DNA of 64,000 bases from Thermoplasmatota archaeon. Lineage in GTDB: Archaea > Thermoplasmatota > Thermoplasmata > UBA10834. Positions 9,909 to 20,000 of this stretch are shown piece after piece. The translations under genes were made by a program, and so were the position numbers. The stretch lies in the NCBI GenBank assembly GCA_040751795.1, contig JBFMHR010000001.1:128001-192000 (forward strand). Direction: 5' to 3'. The first letter of the stretch is position 1. Each line of letters begins with the position of its first letter. The notes below the pieces were generated by a model that made no database searches, was not told the origin of the DNA, and saw nothing but the letters and a program-made list of their open reading frames with translations.

Positions 9909-10427
9909 TCACCTCCCCTTGCGCTGGCCCAGGCCAGCGTCCAGGAGGCGCTGCCTCCCGCCGAGGGCCTCGACGAGGCTGGCCACCGGCGGGGGGACGA
10001 GGTCCTTCCACTTCCCGCCGGCGGCGATCCTCCTGCGGATCTCGGTGCCGGAGTAGAGCTTGGCGTTGTAGGCCTTGGTCCTCCTCGCCCTGTAGCCTGC
10101 CTCCGAGAAGAGCGACCGAGTGAGGTCGTTGTTGGAGAAGATCACGTCGAACGGCGGAACGTACGATTCGACATGGCTCACCCACGCGGCGTACCTGTTC
10201 ACGTCCCTCACGGGGATGATGTGCATCCTGGATCGCTCGTCGTCCTCGAGGGACGAAATCAGCATCTGGTACCTCTCGCCCGCTGTGAAGGGGTTCTCCG
10301 CCGTGTGGGACTCCTCTGCGCTGCCTATTATCACTATGAGGTCGTCGCACGCGGCGAGGGCCTCCCTGACGGCGGCGAGGTGGCCCTTGTGCAGCGGCTG
10401 GAACCTGCCGATCATCAGACCCCTCAA
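9909..10427 (-). CDS. nadM: Nicotinamide-nucleotide adenylyltransferase
   Basis: GRFQPLHKGH, NPFTAGER, SGTEIR. Confidence 0.93.
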   Translation of the reverse strand: MRGLMIGRFQPLHKGHLAAVREALAACDDLIVIIGSAEESHTAENPFTAGERYQMLISSLEDDERSRMHIIPVRDVNRYAAWVSHVESYVPPFDVIFSNNDLTRSLFSEAGYRARRTKAYNAKLYSGTEIRRRIAAGGKWKDLVPPPVASLVEALGGRQRLLDAGLGQRKGR

Positions 10428-10440
10428 GACGAGACCTCCG

Positions 10441-12417
10441 TCAGTGGACTACCGGCCTGTCGCCCGCGACTGGGCCGGGCTTCGCGCCGGCCTTGCCCGC
10501 GACCAGGCTCGCCAGCTTCTTCAGGAGCCCGTCCTTGCGGGCGCCCACGAGCGCGTGCACGAGCACGTCGTTGAGTATGCGCACCGGGACGACCTCTATC
10601 TTCCCGATGTACTTGTCCTCGAGCAGGACGTCCTTCATGTTCTGCTCGGGTATGAGCACCTTCCTGAGGCCCATCTCCGCGGCGGCCTCGATCTTCGCCG
10701 TGACGCCCCCCACGGGGAGGACCTGCCCGCGGACGCTCAGGCTGCCGGTCATGGTGACCGTCTGGTCCACCTCGACCTCCTCGAATGCGGATATGACCGC
10801 GGTGGCGACCGCGATCGAGGCGCTGTCCCCCTCGATGCCGTCGTAGGTGCCGATGAACTGCACGTGTATGTCGTGGTTGGTGATGTCCTCGCCCGTGTAC
10901 TTCTTGATCAGGGCGGACACGTTCTGGACGGACTCCTTCGCGATCTCGCCCAGCTTGCCCGTGGCGATGATCCTGCCCCCCTCGCGGTTCTGCGCCGGGG
11001 TGACCTCGGCCACTATGGGCGTGACTATGCCGGAGTACTCGGCCATGGACGAGTCGGAGTTCAGGACCGCCAGGCCGTTGACTATCCCTATGACCGCCCC
11101 CTCTGTGAGGCAGGTCTTGTAGTCCTTCCGCCTCTCCACGGCCCTGTCGGTGACCTGCTGCTCCAGGGACCTGGCGATGCCCTTGGCCTCGAGCACGTGC
11201 TTCGACTCGACGACCTTGTCGCCGCGCTCTATGGCGATGTCGCCTGCGACCCTCACCAGGCCGCCGAGCTCCCTGAGCCTGAGCGTGAGCATGCCCCTCC
11301 TCCCTGCGCGCCTCTGGGCCTCCCTGATGATCTCCGCCACCGCGGCCTTGTCGAAGTGGGGGATCTTCTTGTCCTTGGAGACCTCCTGGGCGACGAACTT
11401 GATCAGCTTCTGCCTGTTCTCCTCGTTGTCGGGCATGGTGTTCCTCATGTACACCTCGTACCCGTAGCCCCTGATCCTGGACCTGAGCGCCGGGTGCATG
11501 CTGCCGACCGCGTCGAGGTTGCCCGCCGCGACGAGTATGAAGTCGCACGGGACCGGCTCGCTCTTCACCATCGCGCCGGAGCTCCTCTCGCTCTGCCCCA
11601 GGATGCTGAACTCGCCCTCTTGGAGGGCGGTGAGGAGGCTCTGCTGGCTCTCAATCCTGAGCATGTTGATCTCGTCGATGAAGAGGACGCCCTTGCTGGC
11701 CTTGTGTATCGCCCCGGGCTCAAGCCTCTCGTGGGCCGGCGTCTCGAGGCCGCCGCTCTGGAACGGGTCGTGCTTGACGTCCCCGAGGAGCGCGCCCGCG
11801 TGGGCTCCCGTGGCGTCAATGAACGGGGGCTGCTCGTCGGGCTTGTGGGTTATCAGCAGCTTGGGGACCATGAGGGCCTCCCTGCGCTGGCCCGTGTACC
11901 TGAACACCATGAAGAGCAGGATGCCGCCGATCAGCCCGATGAGCAGGAGGGTGGCGTCGTGGTACATCATGAACAGGATGGCGGACAGCATGATGAACCC
12001 GAAGAGCAGCATGAACATCCACGAGTTCTTCTGGGCGCGCTTCTGCTCCGCCTCTAGCTTCTGCGCCTGGACGATCTCCTTCCCCTTGCCCGTGGGCACT
12101 ATGCGTATCTTGGGCTCGTTCTGGTCGTCCGGGTTGTGGTAGGCGATGACATCCTGCAGCTCCCCCTTGGGGAGGTAGTCGACCATCGACCGGGCGAGCA
12201 TCGACTTGCCCGTCCCCGGGTCCCCTATGAGTATGACGTGCCTCTTCTGCTCGGCCGCCTTCTTGATAACCTTGACGGCGTCGTCCTGACCGATGACCTG
12301 GTCGCCGAGCTGCGGCGGGATCTTCACGTCGGCGGTGGTCTCGAAGGACTGGGCCCTGACCCAGTCCTCGATGTCGGGGAGGCCCAGCTCGGACCTCTTG
12401 GAATCAATGCTTCCCAT
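10441..12417 (-). CDS. lonB: Membrane-anchored archaeal Lon protease
   Basis: Walker A GDPGTGKS, two TM helices, FIDEI, catalytic GDSAS and GGVTAK. Confidence 0.95.
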   Translation of the reverse strand: MGSIDSKRSELGLPDIEDWVRAQSFETTADVKIPPQLGDQVIGQDDAVKVIKKAAEQKRHVILIGDPGTGKSMLARSMVDYLPKGELQDVIAYHNPDDQNEPKIRIVPTGKGKEIVQAQKLEAEQKRAQKNSWMFMLLFGFIMLSAILFMMYHDATLLLIGLIGGILLFMVFRYTGQRREALMVPKLLITHKPDEQPPFIDATGAHAGALLGDVKHDPFQSGGLETPAHERLEPGAIHKASKGVLFIDEINMLRIESQQSLLTALQEGEFSILGQSERSSGAMVKSEPVPCDFILVAAGNLDAVGSMHPALRSRIRGYGYEVYMRNTMPDNEENRQKLIKFVAQEVSKDKKIPHFDKAAVAEIIREAQRRAGRRGMLTLRLRELGGLVRVAGDIAIERGDKVVESKHVLEAKGIARSLEQQVTDRAVERRKDYKTCLTEGAVIGIVNGLAVLNSDSSMAEYSGIVTPIVAEVTPAQNREGGRIIATGKLGEIAKESVQNVSALIKKYTGEDITNHDIHVQFIGTYDGIEGDSASIAVATAVISAFEEVEVDQTVTMTGSLSVRGQVLPVGGVTAKIEAAAEMGLRKVLIPEQNMKDVLLEDKYIGKIEVVPVRILNDVLVHALVGARKDGLLKKLASLVAGKAGAKPGPVAGDRPVVH

Positions 12418-12619
12418 CGGCTACACCAGTAGTAGTCAAAGTTATTAAGCCTGTGCTAGATAAGCGTTGCGCCGTGAGACCATATCAGGTTGACATGGCC
12501 AGTATGTCCGGCGGCCCGCCGGCGGGGCCCCCTGGGCACTTACGGCGGGGCCCGGGCGCCTTATAAGTACGGAGGGGGGCTGGGGGAGGGAGGAGGGCCC
12601 CTGCGCGCAGGGGCGACAG

Positions 12620-14797
12620 GTGCGACTCATGCTCGTGGAGGACATCGGGCTGGACCCGAGGATAGTGAGGAAGCTCAGGGAGGACGGGATCGAGAGGCTG
12701 TACCCTCCCCAGGCGGAGGCGATCGGGCCCGCGCTCTCGGGCAGGAACCTCGTCCTGGCCATACCCACTGCGTCAGGGAAGAGCCTGGTCGCGTACCTCG
12801 CGATGCTGCAGGCCGTCCTCAGGGGCGGAAAGGCGCTCTACATCGTGCCCCTCAAGGCCCTCGCGTCGGAGAAGTACGAGGACCTGGCCAAGTTCTCGGA
12901 CCTCGGCGTGAGGGTCGCCGAGTCCACCGGGGACTTCGACGAGGTCGACGCGAAGCTCCACAGATACGACATAGTCGTCTCGACCTCGGAGAAGGCGGAC
13001 TCCCTGCTGAGGCACCGGACCAAGTGGCTCGACCAGCTCTCGGTCGTCGTCGCGGACGAGGTCCACCTGATCAACGACCCCGACCGCGGGCCGACCCTCG
13101 AGGTCACCCTGGTCAAGTTCAGGACCTTCAACCCTGGTGCGCAGCTCATCGCCCTGTCCGCGACGATAAAGAACGCCGGGGAGCTGGCCGAGTGGCTCGA
13201 CGCCGAGCTCGTGACGAGCGACTGGAGGCCGGTCCCGCTCAAGGAGGGGGTCTACTCCGACGGCGAGGTGTTCTTCACAGACAACTCCAGGAGGAAGCTG
13301 GGGGACGACACACCCGTGAATGCGATTGTCAGGGACACGCTCGCCTCGGGAGGGCAGTGCCTCGTCTTCGTCAACTCGCGCAAGTCCAGCGAGTCGCAGG
13401 CGGCCGCCCTCGGCCCCCTGGTGAGGAAGATGATCCCCGACCGGCTCGACGCGCTGGCCAAGGCGGCCGACAGGCTGGTCGGGGAGCAGGACGAGCCGAC
13501 CACGATGGGGACCAGGCTGGGCAAGTGCATCAAGGGGGGGTGCGCCTTCCACCACGCCGGCCTGACCAGCGCCCAGAGGAGGGCGGTCGAGGCCAGCTTC
13601 AGGTCGGGCCAGCTGGGCTGCATAGTCGCCACGCCCACCCTCGCTGCGGGGATCAACCTCCCCGCGAGGACGGTCATAGTGAGGGACGTCCGGAGGTTCG
13701 ACTCCGAGCTGGGCTTCGCGTCCATACCCGTGCTCGAGGTGAAGCAGATGTGCGGGAGGGCCGGGAGGCCCAGGTTCGACCCGTACGGGGAGGCGATACT
13801 CATCGCCAGGGACGACGAGGAGAGGAGCCTCCTCATGGAGGAGTACCTCCTCGGCGAGAACGAGAGCATCCTCTCCAAGCTCGGGACGGAGCCCGCGATG
13901 AGGTCGCACGTCCTCGCGCTGGTAGCGACGAAGGACGCCGGCTCCGTCGACGGGCTGAAGGCGTTCTTCCAGAAGACGTTCCTCGCGCACCAGACCGACG
14001 CGGGGTACCTGGGGGACATCATCGAGGGCATAGTCGAGTTCCTCCAGAGGGAGGGGATGGTCGCCGAGGGCGACGCCCTCTCCGCGACCGGGTTCGGGAG
14101 GAGGGTGAGCGACCTCTACATCGACCCCCTCTCGGCCGTCAAGCTGAGGGACGCGCTCAGGACCTATTCCACGGGCAAGCAGTTCGGCCTCGTGCACGCC
14201 GCGTGCTCAGTCCCGGACATGCCCCTCCTCTACCTGAGGCGGAGCGACAGCGAGTGGGTCGAGGAGTACATGGACGAGGTCAAGGACAGCCTCCTGGTGG
14301 GGCCTCCGGAGGACCTCGAGGAGTACGAGCTCTACCTCTCCACAATCAAGACCGCGAAGATGGTCGACGACTGGATGTCAGAGGTGCACGAGAACGAGAT
14401 CGCCAACGCCTTCGGCATCGGCCCGGGGGACATAAGGAACAAGGTCGAGCTCGCGGAGTGGCTCCTCCACTCGGCCGCGAGGCTCGCGGAGCTGTTCAAC
14501 CGGGACGCCGTCCAGGATTGCGCGGAGGCGGTGGCGAGGGTCGGCTACGGGATAAGGCCCGAGCTGCTCGAGCTCGTGAAGCTGAGGGGCGTGGGCAGGG
14601 TCCGCGCGAGGGCCCTCTACTCCAGGGGGATCAAGGGCCTGGAGGACCTCAGGAACACGGGCTACGACAGGCTTAAGCAGATACCGACGATTGGGGAGGC
14701 GGTCGCGCGGTCGATCAAGGACCAGCTCGGCCAGACGGACCCGACCATGCCCGCGGCGAGCGAGGACGGGCAGAGGTCGCTGAGGGAGTACAGGTAG
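12620..14797 (+). CDS. hel308: Ski2-like DNA helicase Hel308/Hjm
   Basis: PTASGKS, DEVH, LSAT, FHHAGL, QMCGRAGRP, C-terminal HhH GVGRVRAR. Confidence 0.94.
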   Translation: MRLMLVEDIGLDPRIVRKLREDGIERLYPPQAEAIGPALSGRNLVLAIPTASGKSLVAYLAMLQAVLRGGKALYIVPLKALASEKYEDLAKFSDLGVRVAESTGDFDEVDAKLHRYDIVVSTSEKADSLLRHRTKWLDQLSVVVADEVHLINDPDRGPTLEVTLVKFRTFNPGAQLIALSATIKNAGELAEWLDAELVTSDWRPVPLKEGVYSDGEVFFTDNSRRKLGDDTPVNAIVRDTLASGGQCLVFVNSRKSSESQAAALGPLVRKMIPDRLDALAKAADRLVGEQDEPTTMGTRLGKCIKGGCAFHHAGLTSAQRRAVEASFRSGQLGCIVATPTLAAGINLPARTVIVRDVRRFDSELGFASIPVLEVKQMCGRAGRPRFDPYGEAILIARDDEERSLLMEEYLLGENESILSKLGTEPAMRSHVLALVATKDAGSVDGLKAFFQKTFLAHQTDAGYLGDIIEGIVEFLQREGMVAEGDALSATGFGRRVSDLYIDPLSAVKLRDALRTYSTGKQFGLVHAACSVPDMPLLYLRRSDSEWVEEYMDEVKDSLLVGPPEDLEEYELYLSTIKTAKMVDDWMSEVHENEIANAFGIGPGDIRNKVELAEWLLHSAARLAELFNRDAVQDCAEAVARVGYGIRPELLELVKLRGVGRVRARALYSRGIKGLEDLRNTGYDRLKQIPTIGEAVARSIKDQLGQTDPTMPAASEDGQRSLREYR

Positions 14798-14802
14798 ACC
14801 TG

Positions 14803-15318
14803 GTGGTGTGTCGCATGGACTTTGCCGCGGATCTCGTGGGCGCCTGGGAGCGGGAGGTGCCCGAGGGGGGCGCCAAGGCCCTGATGGAGGACGTGCTGGC
14901 CGAGGCGTCCGCCTCCGGCTCCGAAGCGCTGGTCATGGACGGGGACATGGTGTTCGGCGCGGACCACGTCGCGAGCGCGCTCCACCACGCGGCGAAGGCG
15001 GCCGCGGAGGGGAGGAACTCGTCCGACTCACTGGCGATGGAGACGCTCCTCTACGCGTCCGGCGAGAGGCAGCTGTCCGCGGCCATCAGGAAGATGTCCG
15101 TGGGAGGGGGGACGCGGAGGGTCGTCCTCGCCGTGCTGAGGGGCAGCTTCGGGCCCGGCGAGGGCTGGGCGCCGCTCCCGCCCGTGGATGGCGCGGCGGA
15201 CAGGGCGCGGCTGAGGAGGTTCGGGGTCACGGACGTGGAGATGTCGACCGTGGCCGAGGGCAGGCTCAGCGAGCTCGTGCTGGAGAGGGTCGCCGCCGTA
15301 GACGTCATCAAGAGGTAG
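14803..15318 (+). CDS. cgi121: KEOPS subunit Cgi121
   Basis: VFGADH, LAMETLLYASGERQLSAAI, LVLERVA; usual position after hel308; start uncertain (14803 or 14815). Confidence 0.85.
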   Translation: MVCRMDFAADLVGAWEREVPEGGAKALMEDVLAEASASGSEALVMDGDMVFGADHVASALHHAAKAAAEGRNSSDSLAMETLLYASGERQLSAAIRKMSVGGGTRRVVLAVLRGSFGPGEGWAPLPPVDGAADRARLRRFGVTDVEMSTVAEGRLSELVLERVAAVDVIKR

Positions 15319-15320
15319 AG

Positions 15321-15340
15321 CCGTCCGCCTCGGCGGACGG
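15321..15340. terminator. Perfect GC hairpin after cgi121
   Basis: ccgtccgc-ctcg-gcggacgg. Confidence 0.4.
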
Positions 15341-15389
15341 TCGCCTATATGAGCAGGGTAGTAGATTCACCTCGGTCGGTGCCGGTAGG

Positions 15390-16289
15390 ATGGCCGCGGT
15401 TATCGAGTGCGTCCCCAACTTCAGCGAGGGGCGGAGGAAGGACGTCGTGGAGAAGATAGTGCACTCCATCCGGTCCGTCCCGGGGACGAAGGTCCTGGAC
15501 GTCGAGAGCGACCCCGACCACAACAGGAGCGTCGTCACGTTCACCGGCACCAAGGAGAGCGTCCAGGAGAGCGCCTTCAGGGGCGCCAGGGCCGCGATGG
15601 AGCTCATCGACCTCACCAAGCACACCGGGGAGCACCCGCGCATGGGGGCCCTGGACGTGCTGCCCTTCGTGCCCATCTCTGGCGCCACGATGGAGGACTG
15701 CGTCGAGATAGCCGACAGGGTCGGCGCGAGGATCGCGAGGCACCTGAAGATCCCGGTCTACCTGTACGAGGCGGCCGCGAGGAGGCCCGAGAGGAAGAAC
15801 CTCGAGGCCGTCAGGAAGGGGCAGTTCGAGGGGCTCAGGGAGGCCATACTGACCGACGACTCCCGCTACCCCGACTTCGGCCCGAGGGCGGTGCACCCGA
15901 CCGCCGGGGCCATGGCCGTGGGGGCGAGGATGCCACTCATAGCGTTCAACGTCAACCTGAGGTCCGAGGACGTCGAGGTCGCCAAGGCCATCGCCAAGAA
16001 GATCAGGGCGAGCGGCGGGGGGATGCCCCACGTCAAGGCCCTGGGCTTCCACCTCAGGGAGAAGGGGATGGTCCAGGTCTCGATGAACCTGACCGACTAC
16101 ACCGTCACGCCCATATCCAAGGTGTTCCTGGAGATCGAGAAGGAGGCGGAGGCGAGGGGGGTGGAGGTCGCGGAGAGCGAGATCATAGGCCTGATGCCGC
16201 TCGACGCCGTATGCGACCTCGCGGGGAGGTTCCTGAAGGTCCCCAGCTTCTCGAGCAGCCAGGTTCTGGAGAGGAGGATCTGGTGCTGA
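15390..16289 (+). CDS. ftcD: Glutamate formimidoyltransferase
   Basis: IECVPNFSEGR, DPDHNRSV, HPRMGALDV, HPTAGA, VQVSMNL. Confidence 0.95.
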   Translation: MAAVIECVPNFSEGRRKDVVEKIVHSIRSVPGTKVLDVESDPDHNRSVVTFTGTKESVQESAFRGARAAMELIDLTKHTGEHPRMGALDVLPFVPISGATMEDCVEIADRVGARIARHLKIPVYLYEAAARRPERKNLEAVRKGQFEGLREAILTDDSRYPDFGPRAVHPTAGAMAVGARMPLIAFNVNLRSEDVEVAKAIAKKIRASGGGMPHVKALGFHLREKGMVQVSMNLTDYTVTPISKVFLEIEKEAEARGVEVAESEIIGLMPLDAVCDLAGRFLKVPSFSSSQVLERRIWC

Positions 16290-16879
16290 AGGGGTTCAAG
16301 GGGCTCGAGGCGTTCTGCAAGGACCTTGCATCCGACCAGCCCGCGCCGGGGGGCGGGTCCGCATCCGCGGCGGCCGGGGCGATGGCGGCGTCCCTCCTCT
16401 CGATGGTCTGCGGCGTCACGCTCAAGAGCAAGAAGCACGAGGCCAACTGGCCGAAGCTCGCCCTCCTCCGAAGGAGGGCGGACAGCCTGTCCGGGTTGCT
16501 GCTCAGGACGGCCGAAGCCGACTCCGCCGCGTATGTCATGCTCGTCATCCGGGCCAAGGCCAAACGGGCGGATCCCAGCAACCACAAGGCCGTGGCTGCG
16601 TTCGATGCGTCAGTGAGGTCGGCCATGGACATCCCGGCCTCCACGGCCGAGCAGTGCCTCGCGGTCCTGAGGCTCTCTCAGGAGGTGGCGGCCCTCGGGA
16701 CCAAGAGCGCCTCGTCGGACATCGAGGTCGCCAGGCTACTGGCTGCGGCGGGCGTCGACGGGGCGGTGGCCAACGTCATGGTGAACATACCGTCCTGCAG
16801 CGACCATGCCTACGCCGCGCGCGCCAAGGAGGCCGCGGACGAGGCGCTGCGCGAGAAGGCGAGGCTCATCCAAGGATGA
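16283..16879 (+). CDS. Formiminotetrahydrofolate cyclodeaminase
   Basis: LASDQPAPGGGSASA, SDIEVA, ANVMVNI; GTG start with GAGGAGG RBS overlapping the ftcD end. Confidence 0.85.
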   Translation: MLKGFKGLEAFCKDLASDQPAPGGGSASAAAGAMAASLLSMVCGVTLKSKKHEANWPKLALLRRRADSLSGLLLRTAEADSAAYVMLVIRAKAKRADPSNHKAVAAFDASVRSAMDIPASTAEQCLAVLRLSQEVAALGTKSASSDIEVARLLAAAGVDGAVANVMVNIPSCSDHAYAARAKEAADEALREKARLIQG

Positions 16880-17038
16880 GGGCGCATCTAGGCGGGAGAA
16901 CCCTAAAGATGCCTGGGGTCTATCAGGTTTGATACAGGAGACGATACTTTTAAGTCGCCTGACAAAAATGTGAACACTAGGACCGATTGCCAGCGAAGGC
17001 TCAATTCGTCGCGTTGAACAGCAGGAGCTAGATGGGTC

Positions 17039-20000
17039 GTGGCAGGTAACTATCTGAAGAGCCTCCAACTAGCAAAGCAGCTGGAGGAGCGTGCTAAGGA
17101 GGCCACGAGGAACAAGGAGCGTGCCGAGCGAGAGCACGCGTCGCTGCAGGAGTTCCTCGAGGTCTGCCGCGAGAACGACACCGACGTCTCGGAGGCGGAG
17201 CACACCCTCGGCGAGTTCAACGCCGCGATGAACTCCAAGGACTACCAGTCGGCCCTCGGCCACGCCAAGAAGGCGTCCGAGGAGGCGAAGACCGCCTTCG
17301 TGAAGCGCATAGGGGAGGTGGCGGACTCCGCGGAGGGGCTTCTGAACCTCGCCCAGATCCCCGCGGCCGAGGCGAAGGGCGCCCTGGAGCTGCTCGAGAA
17401 GAGCAAGGAGCAGGTGCTCAGGGACGACCACGTCGCGGCGATGAAGAGCGCCAAGAGCGCGTACGACGCCGCCGAGAGGGCCCTCCACGAGCACATCTCG
17501 GGCCTCCTCTCGCAGGCCCAGGAGGTCCTCATCCAGGCCAAGGAGATGGGCGACGACGTCTCCCTCTTCGAGGAGCTCCTCAAGAAGGGGAAGGGCGCCC
17601 TCGACAAGCAGGAGTACGAGATGGGCCTCATGCACGTGAGGGAGGCCCTCGACGGCGCCGGCGAGAACATCAAGGCCCAGGTGAACGCCGCGATCGCCGA
17701 CGCCGAGGAGCTGGTCGCCGCGGGCGAGGAGCTCAAGGCGGACATGGCCAAGGTCAAGTCGCACGTGGAGCGCTCCAAGTCCGCGCTCGACGCGCTCAGG
17801 TTCAAGGAGGCCCTGGCCTACGCCAAGAGGGCGGAGGCCGAGGGGGAGAACTCCATTTCATCGAGGCTCCAGGACACCTCCCGGGAGGTCAGGGAGGGCA
17901 TCCGCAGGCTCAAGTCCGTCGGGGAGGACGTGGACCTGCCCCAGGACCTCCTCGAGCAGGGGCAGACGGCGCTCAAGGGGAAGAACTACATCGAGGCGCT
18001 GCACGCCATCAACCTCGCGGCCGAGAAGGTGCGCGGGATGCAGTTCAAGTCGGTCCTAGACGTCATCGCGCAGGCCAAGGACAAGTTCGTCCTCGCGAAG
18101 AAGGTCGGCGTCGACATGTCGAAGACCATCATGCTCCTCAACACCGCCAGGGACCACTACAGGCTGGGCAGGTTCGAGGAGGCCATGAGGTACGCCGAGG
18201 AGGGGAGGAAGGAGATCGACTCCGTCCTCGGCGTCTTCTACACCGCGAGGGACCAGCTGGTCGAGCTCGCGAAGGCCATCAAGTTCGCGGAGGACCTGGG
18301 GGCCGACGCCTCGCCGGTCAAGAGGATGCTCGCCGACGCCAAGAAGGCGTTCGAGTCCAAAGAGTACGAGAGGACCGCCGAGGTCGCCAAGCAGGGCCTC
18401 GGCGAGGCCCGGAAGGTCGCCTACGACAAGACCATGGACACGATCGACGTCACCGACAGGGCGTTCAAGCTCGGGAAGTCCCTGGGCGCCGACATGGCCG
18501 AGACCGAGGGCCTGATGCAGAGGGCTCTCGCCTCACTCTCGAAGGAGGACATGCCTGAGTGCGTCAAGCTGGCGAGGGCCGGCCTGGACGCGGCGAACGC
18601 CTCCCTCACCAGGCTCCTGAGCGACAGGCTCCACAACCTGGACCAGTTCGTCCAGGGCTTCTCCGGGGAGGAGGACCTCACCGAGGTCACCCGGGACATC
18701 GCGGAGGCGCGGCTCAGACTCTCCGAGCAGGCCTTCGACAGGGCGTCGGAGCTCCTCAAGCAGGCCCAGCTGAAGATCGAGAAGGCGGGCGAGGAGGAGA
18801 GCGACAGGCTGATGGCCCTCGCCTCCGCCAAGATCGAGAGGCTCAAGTCGATGGAGGGGGACGTCTCCGACCTGGACATACTCATGAACCGGGTCAGGCA
18901 GGCGATGGACCAGAAGGTCTACGAGGACGCCACCGCCCGGGCGAAGGAGATCATCGAGGGCGCCGACGAGATGATGCTCAAGCTCGTCCAGGCCGAGTTC
19001 TCGGCCATCAAGGACGCGGTCGAGGAGGCGAAGGCGGTCGGGATAGAGACCGAGTCCGCCAAGGCGAAGGTCAGGGAGGCGAGGGTCAGCTTCGAGAACA
19101 AGGACTTCGGGGCCGCCCACTCCGTCCTCAGCTCCGCGCGCTCCGCGCTCAGGGACAAGGTCGCCAGGTTCGACAGCGTCAAGGAGGGCTTCCGGAAGGC
19201 CGAGGAGCTCATCTCCGAGGCGCAGATGAGCAGGGCCGACGTCTCGAAGCAGGCGAAGGCCCTCGAGGAGGCCAAGGAGGTCTTCCGCGGGGGCGACTTC
19301 GAGGCCGCGGAGAGGATGCTCGACGAGCTGACGGACGAGGCCGAGAAGAAGCTCGCCATGTACCTCGCCGCCAAGTTCATACTCACATCCAAGGAGAGCA
19401 TCGAGCTCGCCGAGTCGAACAGGATAGACGTGACCGAGGCCGAGGGGCTGCTCGCCCAGGCCAAGGAGCTCATGAAGTCCAAGGAGTACGAGGAGGCGCT
19501 GGAGGTCGCCAAGAGGTGCGCCGACAGCGCCACAGAGGGCATCGGCAAGGCCGCCCAGGGGATGGTCAAGGACCTGCAGAGGCTCATAACCGACGCGAAG
19601 AACGTTGGCATAGACACCTCGAGCTCCGAGGTCCTCGCGGACAAGGCGCTCTCGCTCGTCGGCGAGGGCAACTACCCCGAGGCGCTCAGGTGCATCGACT
19701 CCGCGAAGAACGACATCGACCAGATCAAGAACCTCAGCTCTCAGGCCGCCGTCGAGATCAAGTCGGCCAGGTCGAACCTCAAGGACGCGGAGACGCTCGA
19801 CATGGACGTCGGGGCCGCGAGGGACCTCCTGGACCAGGCGGTCGAGGCGCTCACCCGTCACCAGTACGCCATCGCGCTCGAACTCGCCAGGAAATCCTCC
19901 GAGACCTCGTCGGAGGTCACCCGGAACACCATATGGGGGACCCTGGAGAAGTTCAAGACGAGGGTCGAGGACGCCGTCCAGGCGGGCAGGTCCGTCGGGG

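Noticed and set aside
12490-12615. G-rich, hairpin-rich spacer between lonB and hel308
   Set aside because: Consistent with a divergent promoter (CTTATAAG, TTATTAAG) in GC-rich DNA; no specific RNA motif
14795-15390. Pyrrolysine read-through of TAG stops (hel308, cgi121)
   Set aside because: Proteins are complete at the TAG and the downstream genes are in other frames
16261-16300. Programmed frameshift fusing ftcD and the cyclodeaminase
   Set aside because: The downstream gene has its own GAGGAGG RBS and GTG; split genes are normal in prokaryotes
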